A stretch of DNA of 64,000 nucleotides. Origin: Owenia fusiformis (Eukaryota). The stretch is taken from assembly GCA_903813345.2 (NCBI GenBank), contig CAIIXF020000001.1, forward strand, positions 40,176,001-40,240,000, given 5' to 3'. The position numbers and the translations under genes were made by a program. Numbering within the stretch: the first letter of the stretch is position 1; every line of letters starts with the position of its first letter. Under the pieces are notes generated by a model. That model was given only the letters and a program-made list of their open reading frames with translations, was not told the origin of the DNA and searched no databases. Shown here one piece after another: positions 12,281-24,647 of this stretch.

Positions 12281-15170
12281 ATGGGAAGTGAAGTGAAGAG
12301 TGAGATCATGCGAGAAGTCCAGGATGTCATTCTCAAACTATGTACTCAAAAACTCCACTTTGGTGCCTCTTTAGAGATAGATGGCATTATATGTATATCT
12401 CCTGGGGACAGTTTACCAGAGATCGTGATCAAAATACATAGAACAGTGGTCAAACCAAAAAATAATGACAGAGACCTGGGCTACAAATACCCAAACTACT
12501 ATAGCGATATATCTACAGCTGGTGCTACTGAATGGTCACATGGAGACCAGGATTTTGAACCAACCAATCAGAGTACACTAGGCACACATAAATGGCCAAT
12601 AACAGGAATTACACGACAAAGAAAATCCAGGCCATCGTCTATCAGAAAAAACTATAACCCAATGATTGAGACTATAACCAAACCAGATATGAATGTAACA
12701 GAAGACGATCTAAGTCTTGTAACAGGTGAACATACTGACAAAGAATATGGTGAAGATTCAGCTGCTAAACTACAACCAGAAGAGCATGCCACTCCTGCAA
12801 ATGAACTAGCCACTGAAGAGGAACATCATCAGTTGGAACAAACAATGCCAATTAAACAAGAAGGTGATTTTTGTATTGTGAATGTTTACAGTTAAATCAA
12901 TAGTCATATTTAATAAACATTTAGTGGAATTATTCATTTTTTTGAAGTGAAATAAAAATCCAACATTACATTACAATAATAAATCTATTTACAGTTACAA
13001 TAATGTGACAGTGTCCATATTCCTAGATCTCAGTCATAACATAAACTTGATGGGGGCTACTGAACTACCATCCACTCATAATGGGGGCCATTACCATTAC
13101 CATTACCATATTGATCAAATTTGTTGATTGAGAGATGGGAAAGTATAAGTTCACACTATCACTCTCACACTATTTATCAATAAGGGATCATATCAAAAGA
13201 TTTGCACTTAATTCAACATAATATGAGTATTTCAATGACTGCTAGTCCACCTCAACATATGTTTCAAAACACATTTTTTTATAAAAACTTTAAAATTAAG
13301 GGTAATGGTAATCTAAAGTGATTTTCGGTAAACAAAACATCGCTTCACCACTTACACAAGAAACAAAAATATTACATGTAGAAATAAGTGCAAAAAGAGA
13401 GGGACGTTACTGTCAAGTGTAATCCAATTGGGAAAATACATGAATTACATTAAGATCTAAAAACATTTCCTATAGGTGCTGAAGATATTAGAGAAAGGGT
13501 GGAATATAATGATGGGCCAGCCATGAAGTATGTGAAACAAGAACAACCCTCTGTTAGTGATGAAGAGGTTCAAGAGACTCAGCAATCAAACAACATGGCA
13601 GGTATGGATCTATTTTAACTCAATGCACATTGAGCCTATCATTCAGTCAGTGTAATGAAAGTCATTGAGGAGCTGAGTCAAAATGAGAAAGTCTTGGCAC
13701 ACAAAAATAATTACATATAGCCTGAAATCACCATACATATTGTGTAGTCTCCATTACATGATATGATCTTTTGTCGTGTGTCATGACTATTTAAATAGCT
13801 GCAAAATGAGACATACATTTTGGCACAGCCACTATTGAGGTTATGATTACTTTTGAGTTTTGAATACTTTATTTAAGAGAGGTCATAGTATTATTGTTTT
13901 AATATTAATCACTCCCCTTCGGTTTCCTACATGGTGTTTATTTCAAATTTTTAAAGAAATCTAAATGATTTTTAAAGCAATTGTATAACTTGATAATTCA
14001 GCCAATGCATGGATGGATACTTAAAGTCGGGCATCTCTCCGAAACGCAATCTTAGGTTGTTCCCGGGGTCCCTGGTAATATTTTGTGCTTTAATGAGAAA
14101 ATTTATAATAATGAACAAATGGAGCAAATACTGTGAAGAAATACTCACGATAAAGATGTTATTTTGACAATTGTTCATTCAATTGCTCAGAGGTTCGCCG
14201 GTAAACAAATTTCTTCGAAGATTTCTAAATTTAGAATGTCACATGACTAACTAAAAAGAAGGCCCCTTAAATCACATACTCATATAACCAATGTCTGGTT
14301 AGTACAGTGGCAGAATCCTCGCCTGCACTTTGACGGTCCGGGTTCGAATCCCGGCACAGCCTTTTTTTATTTTTTAAGTTAATGGTTATGCTTTGATTTT
14401 ACGCTTAAAAAACGTTTATATCTACGTCAAATTTATATTTAAGCATTTATTATCTCTTCAGTCTTATGAAAATGGAAAAATAATTTATGTTCACATATTG
14501 CGTTTTGGAGAGATGTATAGGTTTAATGTATTACATGTTGAATTTACAAATCTACTGCAATTTCAAATCACATGGATGTGTTACATTCATTACGAAATTG
14601 ACACTTTTGTAATATATAGTCTCTCACTGTGACATTCCCTTTGCGATGCACTGACCTTGGTGTTTGATTATTTTTGCAGTATTTCCCAATCAGTGCATGG
14701 TAGAGGGAACGTCACCAACAGAGAGCGCTTCGAACAGATTCTCACAACTTGATGGAGACGCGTTTTATGTTCACCAATCATGGGAAGATACTGTTAAATT
14801 AAACCCTGATACTGATACCAGTGTAATAGACTACACAGCTAAACAGACAGTAGACAATGAAATGAACAATGTAGTAGACAATATGGCCAATCCACTGAAA
14901 ACACAATCCAAACCAATCTTCTCACATTTTAAGCTGCTGTCAAATTCAAAAGTTTCTCCAAGAAAACTGAAGCAATTCAAATGTAGTATTTGTTCGAAAT
15001 CGTTCACCACAAGGTCTCATAAATATCGTCATGAAAGTGAGATACATTTAGAGCCAGATAAGAAGTTTGCCACATGTAATATTTGTGGTAAAAAGATTCA
15101 TAAAAGGGCATTACCATTACATAAAGCAAACAAGCATGGTATTACACAATCCGATGGTGATAAGATGTAG
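12281..15170 (+). CDS. C2H2 zinc-finger protein, isoform A (exons 12281-12863, 13476-13601, 14680-15170; ~399 aa)
   Basis: All introns GT-AG, phase 1. Compact N-terminal alpha/beta-like segment (VQDVILKLCTQKLHFGASLEIDGIICIS...IVIKIHRTV), acidic linker with IKQE/VKQE SUMO-consensus motifs, and two C-terminal fingers CSICSKSFTTRSHKYRHESEIH and CNICGKKIHKRALPLHKANKH. Confidence 0.8.
13076..13110 (+). repeat. (ATTACC)n tail, probable 3' end of a retroposed element
   Basis: CCATTACCATTACCATTACCAT after a GC-richer tract; the SINE/LINE origin is inferred. Confidence 0.35.
14293..14361 (+). pseudogene. Degenerate tRNA-Gly(GCC)-like sequence / tRNA-derived element head
   Basis: A-box TAGTACAGTGG, B-box GGTTCGAATCC, T-arm CCGGG/CCCGG, and T7 terminator directly after. 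AGAATCCTCGCCTGC resembles tRNA-Gly AGAATTCTCGCCTGCC, but the anticodon arm does not pair and the acceptor stem is imperfect. Confidence 0.6.
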
Positions 15171-16652
15171 CTAATTCAAACAGTTTTATTGGGCTAATTG
15201 TACACATTTATGATGAATCAGTTATGGAAGGGAAGAACAATTGTAATATTTGTAATTAATTGACCAATGTTTTCTTTACTATACCGAATGTATCACTGAA
15301 GATATAAGGTATTTTTCCAAATGCTGCAGTTATTTTAGATTAAAGAAAGATTCTTCATAATATGAAATCTGGCTTGGGGAAAAAAGAAAAGATATTTTGT
15401 TATCTCGCTGTCATGTTTCTCATGCGATTGGTTGAAGACAGTTCACATGACAAAGAATATGGCATGGTATTTCCTGTAATGTTTACTTTCTATTTGCAGA
15501 CACAAGAACCTTGCTATATTGAATATTTCATATACTCTGTTCTTAATGTTCCAATTTATAAATGAAGCCCATTCAATATACATGTTTATATCGTCTTGTC
15601 CAAGGATTCTACTTCTTCCCAGTGAATAATGCCAGGCAATATTTTTGATATTGAAAAAAACATATTATCCCTCCTAATACCTCTCATGAAATGGTATCCA
15701 CCTGCCAATCTCTCTCGCGAAAATGGAATTCACCTCGTAGGAGTTTCTGCCAAGCAACACTTTTTTATTCATTCATTTGGATCAGTTTATGTTAAAATGA
15801 TGTTTTCGAAACAAAGTTGAAAATAGAGAGATTTGGAAAACTCAATAGTGTTCAGCCATGTAAGCCATTAAACACAAGGGAATTGTAATGTCATCATTAT
15901 GCTCTGACACAGATAGTCAAAGAAATCTGAGCAATAAGCTAATGTGTTTGGTCCTTGTAATGTGTATCATATTGTTGAATTTCTGAAGATAAAAAGCTTT
16001 TTTGAAATTGTCAAATGCACTGATATTGTGTACATCAGAGACACATAAAAAGTACATATTATTTGTGATTTGTCTCTGTGTACATTTGTGAATTAATTCT
16101 TTGTTATTTAGTTCTATTTATATTGAGCATTATGATCAATTTGAGACACAGTGTAGGTCTACAGCTCTATGATAATTTACACTACAGAACTGTATGTGCT
16201 GTACATAACTAGTACATTGTAATATACATCATATCCATATGAAATTTATTATATATTTTAAGAGGAATTTATTCCATAATTTTATACTCATGGCTTACGT
16301 TACATTGATTTCAATATTGGATCATTTATATTTCTCATTGTGCCATTATGTTTCACTGTGCAATCTTTTTCATTATTATTCATTAGGTATTTCATGCTTT
16401 CATATAGCCTTGTTATACAGTTGCAATAGAATATACAATATATACACTGATATTTGTTTACACTATTTAGATAGTTAATGCTATTTGACATACTTCACTT
16501 GTATTCTAATAAATGTAGATAATATGATATAGTATGAAATAAGAAATATATTATATGAAAACTTATGAAAAAATTTTGTCTTGTAGAGTGAAATGTAGTA
16601 CAGATTAAGCCCTGCATTAATATATATTTGATGATTTCTAATTTTTCTTCAG

Positions 16653-17224
16653 CAACTTTAAGAATTCCCAAAGTGCCAATGAGAAGCATACTTGGAGGTA
16701 AACGGTCGCCAAAACAGTATTATCCACACTGCACTAAGACATCGCAAATTGAGAGTGTCCAAGAATCAAGTGCAAACTACACAGTTGTGCACCAAACTGT
16801 TCAAGCTGTTGACCTGCGTACCATAAGTGACTTAAGTGTACCCCTTGATCATATTAAACCCACTGACAACCTCAAAGCTCTATCCATTGATAGTTTAAAA
16901 TCTGAGGAGAGTATAGATGGGGCTACTGGTAATGAGGATGATGAACATGATATGATTGGACAAAACAGACTTCAGCATATCAATCAGAGTTGGTCATTTT
17001 GGGCAAGTAAAGGTAAATCGAGAAGCAAGGCTGGTGACTCGGATAGAGTGACATGTGAAATCTGTGGTAAATCTTTCAAAACTGTATATTTTCTAAAGAC
17101 TCATACAGAAGAACAACATGGCAATAGAGCGGAAAAAGATGTTGAATGTGATATCTGTCATAAAAAATTTCATAAGAGATGGCTGAAGAAACATCGGGAA
17201 AAAGTCCACAATACACTTGATTGA
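16653..17224 (+). CDS. Alternative terminal exon of the zinc-finger gene (isoform B, ~426 aa with the shared exons)
   Basis: Acceptor ttttcttcag|CA in phase 1, compatible with the donor at 13601. Two fingers CEICGKSFKTVYFLKTHTEEQH and CDICHKKFHKRWLKKHREKVH, paralogous to those of exon 14680-15170. No N-terminal exon of its own between 15170 and 16653. Confidence 0.75.
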
Positions 17225-17274
17225 GAAGAAAAATGTCATGGTTACAAGAAACCAGGTCATGTATCAATATTCCT

Positions 17275-17580
17275 TTTTATGTCACCACCAAAAAGTGGTG
17301 ACATATTGTTATAGTCTCCAACTTTTTGTGGACAGCATTTGGCAGTTGATGTTCGGCCAGTTGGTGATTGGCATTTGGTGTCTGTAACAAATGGTAGGTG
17401 GTTACATTTAGAATGTTATGTCACTACCAAGAAAGGGTGACAAGTTGTAATAGTCATCATCTTATGTGAATGGCTTTTAGTGTAAGCATTTGTAACAAGT
17501 TGTTACACTTTTGTAGTAATTTACAGTCAGGTAATAACATACCTGGTGGTGACATTTTATCACGTTAATGCCTTGTTTAA
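17275..17580 (+). mobile_element. Two adjacent short copies of Helentron/HINE-like family A in the 3' UTR of isoform B
   Basis: TTTTATGTCACCACCAAAAAGTGGTGACATATTGTTATAGTCTCC start with hairpin, second start at ~17416, end GGTGGTGACATTTT..TTAATGCCTTGTTT. Confidence 0.8.
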
Positions 17581-18041
17581 AAACTGTTCATACAGTTGGG
17601 AAAGACAAAAACAGCTATTGTTACAATAATATAATTTATATTAGATAAAGGAGGTCTGAGCCTTTATTAAATTAGCCTTGCAAAAAATTGATATTTTAAT
17701 CCAGCCCCATTCTCTATTAGTTGTGTTCTGTGAATATACGGGGTCCCAATGGGTTAATCTTAATTCCACTTTGTCACAAATAAGAATATTGTCAGTTTGT
17801 CCCATATCACATTTAATACAACAGAAAGAAAGGTACATTGTATTATTTGGTGCAAACCTCTTACAACAAGCTCTGAAAATGATTTCCAATTTATGTCACT
17901 TTGATGTCACTTGTTTGAGTTGATATTTCCTGTTGTCTTCACTATAGTCATTGTTACCAATAGATGATAAATTGTTGTTTTGAATATGTTGCATTTTATC
18001 TTCAGGATATATTTTGCAATATTGCAATTGCATTAAATGTA

Positions 18042-18205
18042 TAGTAAAACTTGTAATGTGGAACACCTCTGAAAGTGGGACCTTAAGTTTAACACTTTAA
18101 GACCTGCCAGTCATTTGCTAAATATGAAATTAAGTAAGTTAAGTGGAACACCTCCCAAGTGGAATCAAAATTGTTCCTCAAAAGTGTTCCACTTCAGTTT
18201 TACTG
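18042..18205. mobile_element. Tc1/pogo-like MITE
   Basis: Ends (T)AGTAAAAC...GTTTTACTG with internal repeated GTGGAACACCTC and inverted GTGTTCCAC. Confidence 0.55.
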
Positions 18206-19251
18206 AGTTTAATTCTCATTGAAAGTGGAGACAAAATTGTTATTGCACGTGTAAAAATATAGTAAATATTTCAGTGTTGTTGTGATATTTTACGATACTT
18301 TACAGAAGTTTGAAGGTTCCTAGGTGAGGTAATTTTTTGAAATGTGCAATAAAGTTTTAATTGTAACTTGAAGCTCGTGAAATGTGCTTCTGTAGCAATA
18401 ACACCAATAAAGAAATATGAGAATTTTTAAGATTTCTTTAACCAAATGAATGAATTATTATACGTACTACTACATTTTTACTACATTTTTACAATTGTGT
18501 GTCTTTTATTAATGCACACTTTTAGATTATTTTTAGATTTCAAGTTTTGAAGACTAATGGTACAATATTCTAGATATGTTCAATACTATCAAATAATGTG
18601 CAACTCAGTTGAGAATGTTGTCAAAAACAATTCTAGATATCATAGTAATAAAATGAAATGTACTGAAGTGGAATGTAATGTTATTCTTTTCATCTGTTCC
18701 TCAATATTTCTATTCATGATATGTGTAAAGTGTTCCATGATACAATTATGCATTATATGTGTTCCTTGCCACAATAGAACAAATGTGTCTATGGCATGAC
18801 ATAAGTGTCAATGTGTCCATGTTTAATACCACAAACTTTGATTCCATACAAATAAAACTCACACGGGTTGAAGCAAAAATAAATTGTCATCATTTTGTGT
18901 GAATTAAAAAAACAAAAATCGGCTACAGATTATCTTGTCTGGTGTAATCTCTCTAGATATTTTAAGACAAAGCAAGCATTATCTAATTTTTAACAGCATA
19001 CTGAAATTTTGTTGAATAAGACAGAGGACATTCTTTTTAGACCAAATACCTCCACCACTGATTGTTTCCCCAAGAGGAAAGCCACATTTCAAAAAGTATT
19101 GAACACAAAATTCCACAGAATTTAGTCATTTTTATATCTGTTCCATCAACATTGGTGGGAAATTTAAAAAAACTGCTATTCCTATGTGTATGTACATTTT
19201 ATATCCATCTTCACTTAATAAAAATTGTTAATTCATCAGACAATATATTAT

Positions 19252-19447
19252 CACCAGCGGATCTTGAGGGGGCGTGGAGGGGTGCACTCTCTGAAATTGG
19301 TCAGAATGCACCAAATGATATTCAATTTTCGAAATTTTCTTGGGGAAAAACGCCCCAGACTCCCCTATTCATGCTCTTGTTCGCTACTTCGCTCACAGTT
19401 ATTATCAAACACCCCCCCCCTAACACAAAATCCTGGATCTGCCCTTG
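19252..19447. mobile_element. Small hAT-like MITE
   Basis: Ends CACCAGCGGATCTTGAGGGGG ... CCTGGATCTGCCCTTG. Related GC-rich ends CATGGGCGTAGCC (~9438) and GGCTACGCCTATG (~45125) occur elsewhere. Confidence 0.45.
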
Positions 19448-19522
19448 ACTATGTAGAAGTATCAAGTAAGGCTTAGTTGCTATAGGTGCAACATATGTCC
19501 ACAGAATTTCAAAGCTCTAGTA

Positions 19523-20240
19523 ATTATCCCAATGAACAAAGTTCGGTAGGGATATAGTGAAGCCCTCCATCCATCAGTCAGTCAGTCTGTCTGTCAGTCC
19601 ATCCATCCGGAAGATAACTTGAATACTAGTAGATGGATTTGTTCATATTTGGTGGAAAGATGTATATTGGTGAATAGTTTTATGCAAAAAAATTCAAGAT
19701 GGGCACCACTTTAGAAATGGTGGGAATATTTGGGGAAAATCTGAAATTTTTCATTTTAAACCATAGTATTGAATATTATTGTTTGAAATTTTGATAGTAT
19801 ATTCACATCTACCTATTTCACAAATATTCCGATTTTTTCAGCCTGACCCCCAGGGGCCCTTAATAGGGGTTAGGAAAACAGGAATTTTTGTTAATCTTGA
19901 GATCTTTCTGAAGTATAGCTGTATTATACTCAAATGAAAGTCAATTTAGAGTAGATTGCAAATATTGCATCGTTTTTCTGATTCAGGCCTCAATAAATTC
20001 AAAATGGCCACTTAATGTGGGATTTCGCAATAATTTCCTGATCTCTCCAAAGTATACAGTAACTATATTATGCTCAAATTGAAGGCATTTTGGAGTAGCT
20101 CACAATTATGGTGTTGTTTTTCTGATTCTTGCTAGAATCCTAGTTATGGATTTTTGTATTTATATTAATTAAACAAATACAAAGTCAATGAGAGGTTTTA
20201 CGAGTAAATATCACGTTATGTTCACCCGTGACCATTTTTG
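19523..20240 (+). mobile_element. Helentron/HINE-like element, family B
   Basis: 5' TTATCCC..GAACAAAGTTCG..GGGATAT stem-loop followed by a (TCCA/GTCA/GTCT)n microsatellite; 3' short palindrome CACG..CGTG before a T-run. Confidence 0.55.
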
Positions 20241-21121
20241 TCTTTCAATTGCAATATCTTAAGTTATCCCCACTATTGAAAAATGTGATTTTAACGTTCA
20301 AAAGAAAGTCACATTTGAATTAATATGTCAAAACATGGATATCTATCTTCACAGAGCTCCATTGTCAAAAGTATGTTGTATAGAACCATCACAATATGCT
20401 ATAGGCATAAATAACGAATTCAAAAAACTCATAGCCTCATGAATAACTGCTTGACATTTAATCATTGATTTGGACTACATGTTTGAGATTTTTATTCTAG
20501 TTTTCTTGGTTTTCAAGAAATTGGAAATCTTGATGTCAAAAAGTCAGATATTGGTAACAGTTCAATGTTTGAGCACAGTGACTTTGGGTCCTTTATTACA
20601 TAAGTACATGAAGTGAATCCTCTCTTGATTCATGCAGTATAAAAGAGACTTTTCCCTCACTCATCCTTACAGCATGTAGTAGATTACAAAATGATGTCAC
20701 TTGTTGTTTGCTTGCAAGACCAGTTCTAATGTTCATCTGATGAGAAACAATGAATTTAAATTCACTGGCCTTACTACAAAATCCAATATTAATGACAGCA
20801 CAATTATACACTTTCTAACATTAATATCTTACCATTTATTCATAAATGAAAATATATAATACATATACATTGTACGGTAATATCATACATTTGACAGTGA
20901 TAATATCATACATTTTGATAGTGGTAATAGCATACATTTTGATAGTGGTAATATGTTGAACCTTAATAGTGAAACTCATTAAAATCAAAATTTGACTTAA
21001 ATATTATTAACTGATGACACCCTATCAAATGGGCAAAATATTCCATCATCTCTTCTCATTTTGAGAATCACTCGAAGCCAATCCCGTATACTAGGTATTA
21101 ATAAAATTTAGAAAGTGGTAA

Positions 21122-21500
21122 GATAGAGTATTCAATGGAACAAAGATTGTTGTACTTGGATAGCATCAACAACCTTCAGATTTAGAGATATCACATTTTC
21201 CGTCCAGGTGAAATCTCAATGAAATCATCAAAAAATGTTCAAAAAGATAATTTTCTGAAATTGAGTCATTATTTGAGTCATTTTTGGATTTCTTTCACAC
21301 ATATCAATAACATGTCACGTCTATCCATTTTTTAAAAAATAATCTTAATTTGATGAACTGACTGGCTTATTAGGTCTAAGAAAGACAGCTTTTTTAATTT
21401 ACAATTTTGAGTGATTTAGCTTTGGAGCACGCCTCTCTTAATTGATAAGATGTTGATGCTTTGCAAGCATAGCGATCTTTTCTACATTGAACACTCTATC
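21122..21500. mobile_element. MITE with ~50-bp degenerate TIRs
   Basis: GATAGAGTATTCAATGG..AAAGAT..AGCATCAACA versus TGTTGATGCT..ATCTTTTTCTACATTGAACACTCTATC. Confidence 0.65.
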
Positions 21501-24500
21501 ATGAAGATTCCTTATTTATTGAGAGAGTTATTCCAAAATTGGTGGGTGGCATTTTTGTGTCCCCCTGTATAATTTCAAGAAGTGATATAATATATACATA
21601 CAGTACATGTACAACAAAACCTGTGATAGTCTGGACACATTTTCAGATTTCTAACAAAAACCTATTATGCTTTGTATGTATTTAGACATTTTGGTTTTCC
21701 GTAACCCCAAATTAGCCTGACATTAAACTGTACATGGACTAAAATGAACCTTTATTTCCTAAGCACTACATAAAAAGTGAAAAGAAACAAAACTATGAAT
21801 TCAAGAAATTATGCTGTACCTAAAAGCACCATTACTATTTACAAAATACTGCACATAAATGTAAATAATTTAATTCCCAATATAACATACTGTACATGTA
21901 GTCATGTACTATTAACATAATGCATTTAACATTTTGTTTACTTTTAATTAAAATAAAACTTGTATTACTATTACATTTTTATTATACAAAATGTTCAGCT
22001 TATATTTCAACTGGCCTAATATTCCCTTTTTTACAATACAAAATGTTCAGCTTATATTTCAACTGTTTCCTAATAGGAAGGAAGAAAGAGGTTAGTTTGC
22101 ATGATGTCAAGGTGACAACTCCCTTTCACTGTACTTGTACCAATATCCCAGAGATCTTTACATTGTTTGAAGTTGGGAAACTGCTTGTCTTAAAATGACA
22201 AAGTAATCATGAAAAGTTGAACTCAAGACAGCCCTCAAATCTTAAAAGAAACAAATCAAATTGAAAATGATACTTGAAATGTTCTTAATATGAAAGTGGT
22301 GGAACAATGGTGCCATTTTTTGTTTTTTCAGAACTTGTATATGCTAAATAGCTAGCATATTGATACAGTACGTATACAAGCACCATTCTAATAACCTTAC
22401 ATGAAACACATAGCACTAGAAGTGTTATCCCGTACCAAGACCATATCTTCAAATTGGAGATATGGTCTTGGTAGGAGATAACGAGAAGTGGTAATTCTAG
22501 GTAATTTTGGAAAATATTATTATATGATATCAACAATATCAGTCAACATGTAGTAGATTCATAACACTGTTCTGAAACATTTAAATATTTTGTAATATTT
22601 GTACATAGAAAAATAACAATAGACTAATCAAATATGTTTTTCATAACTGACAGAACATAATGCTCAATGTTGGATTGCAAACTAAACTGATTTAAATAGA
22701 GGAGAGGGTTTGAATGTTTTCACCAGACAAAATCAATATCAACTCCAGTGATCTCATGAACATTGACGCAACTGGGTGCCGCCCCCTTATTGAAAATTTG
22801 GAAAATGACATGCTATCTAGTTGAAGATCTGTTTCAACCCAGTCAAAATTATGAAATGTTGAGATATTTGACTATTTTGGAAGATCATTGTTCATATTCC
22901 TAGTCATTACACTTTTACAAGCTTTTAAGTTTATCCTACTAAGTTGACAATCAGACTCTGCTCCATGTGTAGCATTCAGTACATCCAATGACAAACATGA
23001 CTCTTACCCAATCACCCTAAGTTCTATCATGGCATGAGAGTAGCTTATAATATATAGGGCAAATGGTACATGTATATTGTACATACTGATAATACCATAG
23101 TTTTAATGGTAACTCAATATGTAAAAAATACATTTTAATATTACATTTACATATTTTGGTTGTAATATATCATTAGAGAATACAATGTCTCTAATAAAAT
23201 ACATTGCTATTGTATTAAATTAAAATACATTTCACAAATGGATTCAGTTATATATTTTCAATATATCAATGTAAGACAAATTTAACAAGTGAAGATATAA
23301 ACAATTGATATTACCCTATAACAACAATTCTACATACCATTGAATATGAACAACAGAACCAGCCAGTTTCCCATATAATATCGAAGAAGCATTTTGTCAT
23401 GCAATAAGTCATATGATACACCGCACTATAACATACATAGGGGTTTTCAAACTTGCTATCGTTCAGCCACAACATATTCATTCATTTCAAAGCACTGAAT
23501 TGCTCAATATACTTCTGAATGGAAGTAGTTTTTCTGTTTAATCATCAGTACATTACTTGCCTATTCAAGCTTGAATTCGCGAATGCAAATAATGGCAAGC
23601 AGCTACCTGAATAACCTATTAATATTCATAGATTAAACCGTCATTTTGAAGTTGTAAGTACTAACAACAGTGATCACATGATTTTTTATGCCAATGAAAG
23701 GATCGATTATAATTAAACCGCTCGGTCGAATTGCCAAACAGAACATAGGTCATTGTTGCATGCTGCTAAATAGGCAAGTGAACCAGTTATTTAGGCCAGC
23801 GACTGGGTGTGAAGTGAGAGATGGTAGCTAACGGGAAGTATGGCGGTATTATTCATACTTAAATGAGTTTTCTGGTAGCCGTTGTTTGCATTCACAAACA
23901 GAAGCTAAGTTTGGTTTTCATGGAAATTGATTATAATTATTGATATTTTCATTAATAGATGTCCCCCTTGTTGGGAAAAAGTCCAGCTCGAGATCCATAA
24001 GTACATTTAGCAATAAGAGAGTATAATCTTTGGTAAATGTGCACATCTCTTTAATATTCACCCACAATTGCAACTATATAATACTGCAAACAGTATACCA
24101 ATACACTAACAAATAGGATTCTGCTTGGGTATATTGTCCATTATATGCCTGATATATTTATTTGATGAGATATGTAGCACACAATTAGTGGTTAACATTG
24201 ATAAAGAGAGGGGACAGCAACTTACTCAACAATATATTTTCTGATACTTTCAATTTTAAATCTCTCTCAATTGCATTCCTTAATCATTTCACATCCACAC
24301 CATCCATGAAATATAAACAAGATTATTATACTGATACACAAGGAAAGTGTACCAATGGAAAGGAATTATCCCAAGAGTGGAAAGACATGCCAATCTGCAA
24401 ACACTCAGTGACATATGTACAGGGCATCTAGGCATGATAATAAGCTTATTTACTCTCGAAGCACACAGCATAAAGTCACATCCGTATCAGGTGTGGCGTA

Positions 24501-24647
24501 AGCAATAGCCCAGAGCAAGATAGTTTCCATCAGGTCCAGTTGATTTTTCCTGTGATAACAAGCATAGGAATATAATTTTTGTGACTTTGACCAGTAGGTC
24601 TATAATCCTAACGATGCATCCCACATCTTTTGCATCATCATCTATCA

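Noticed and set aside
14293..14361. Functional tRNA gene
   Set aside because: The anticodon stem cannot pair and the acceptor stem is imperfect; kept only as tRNA-like.
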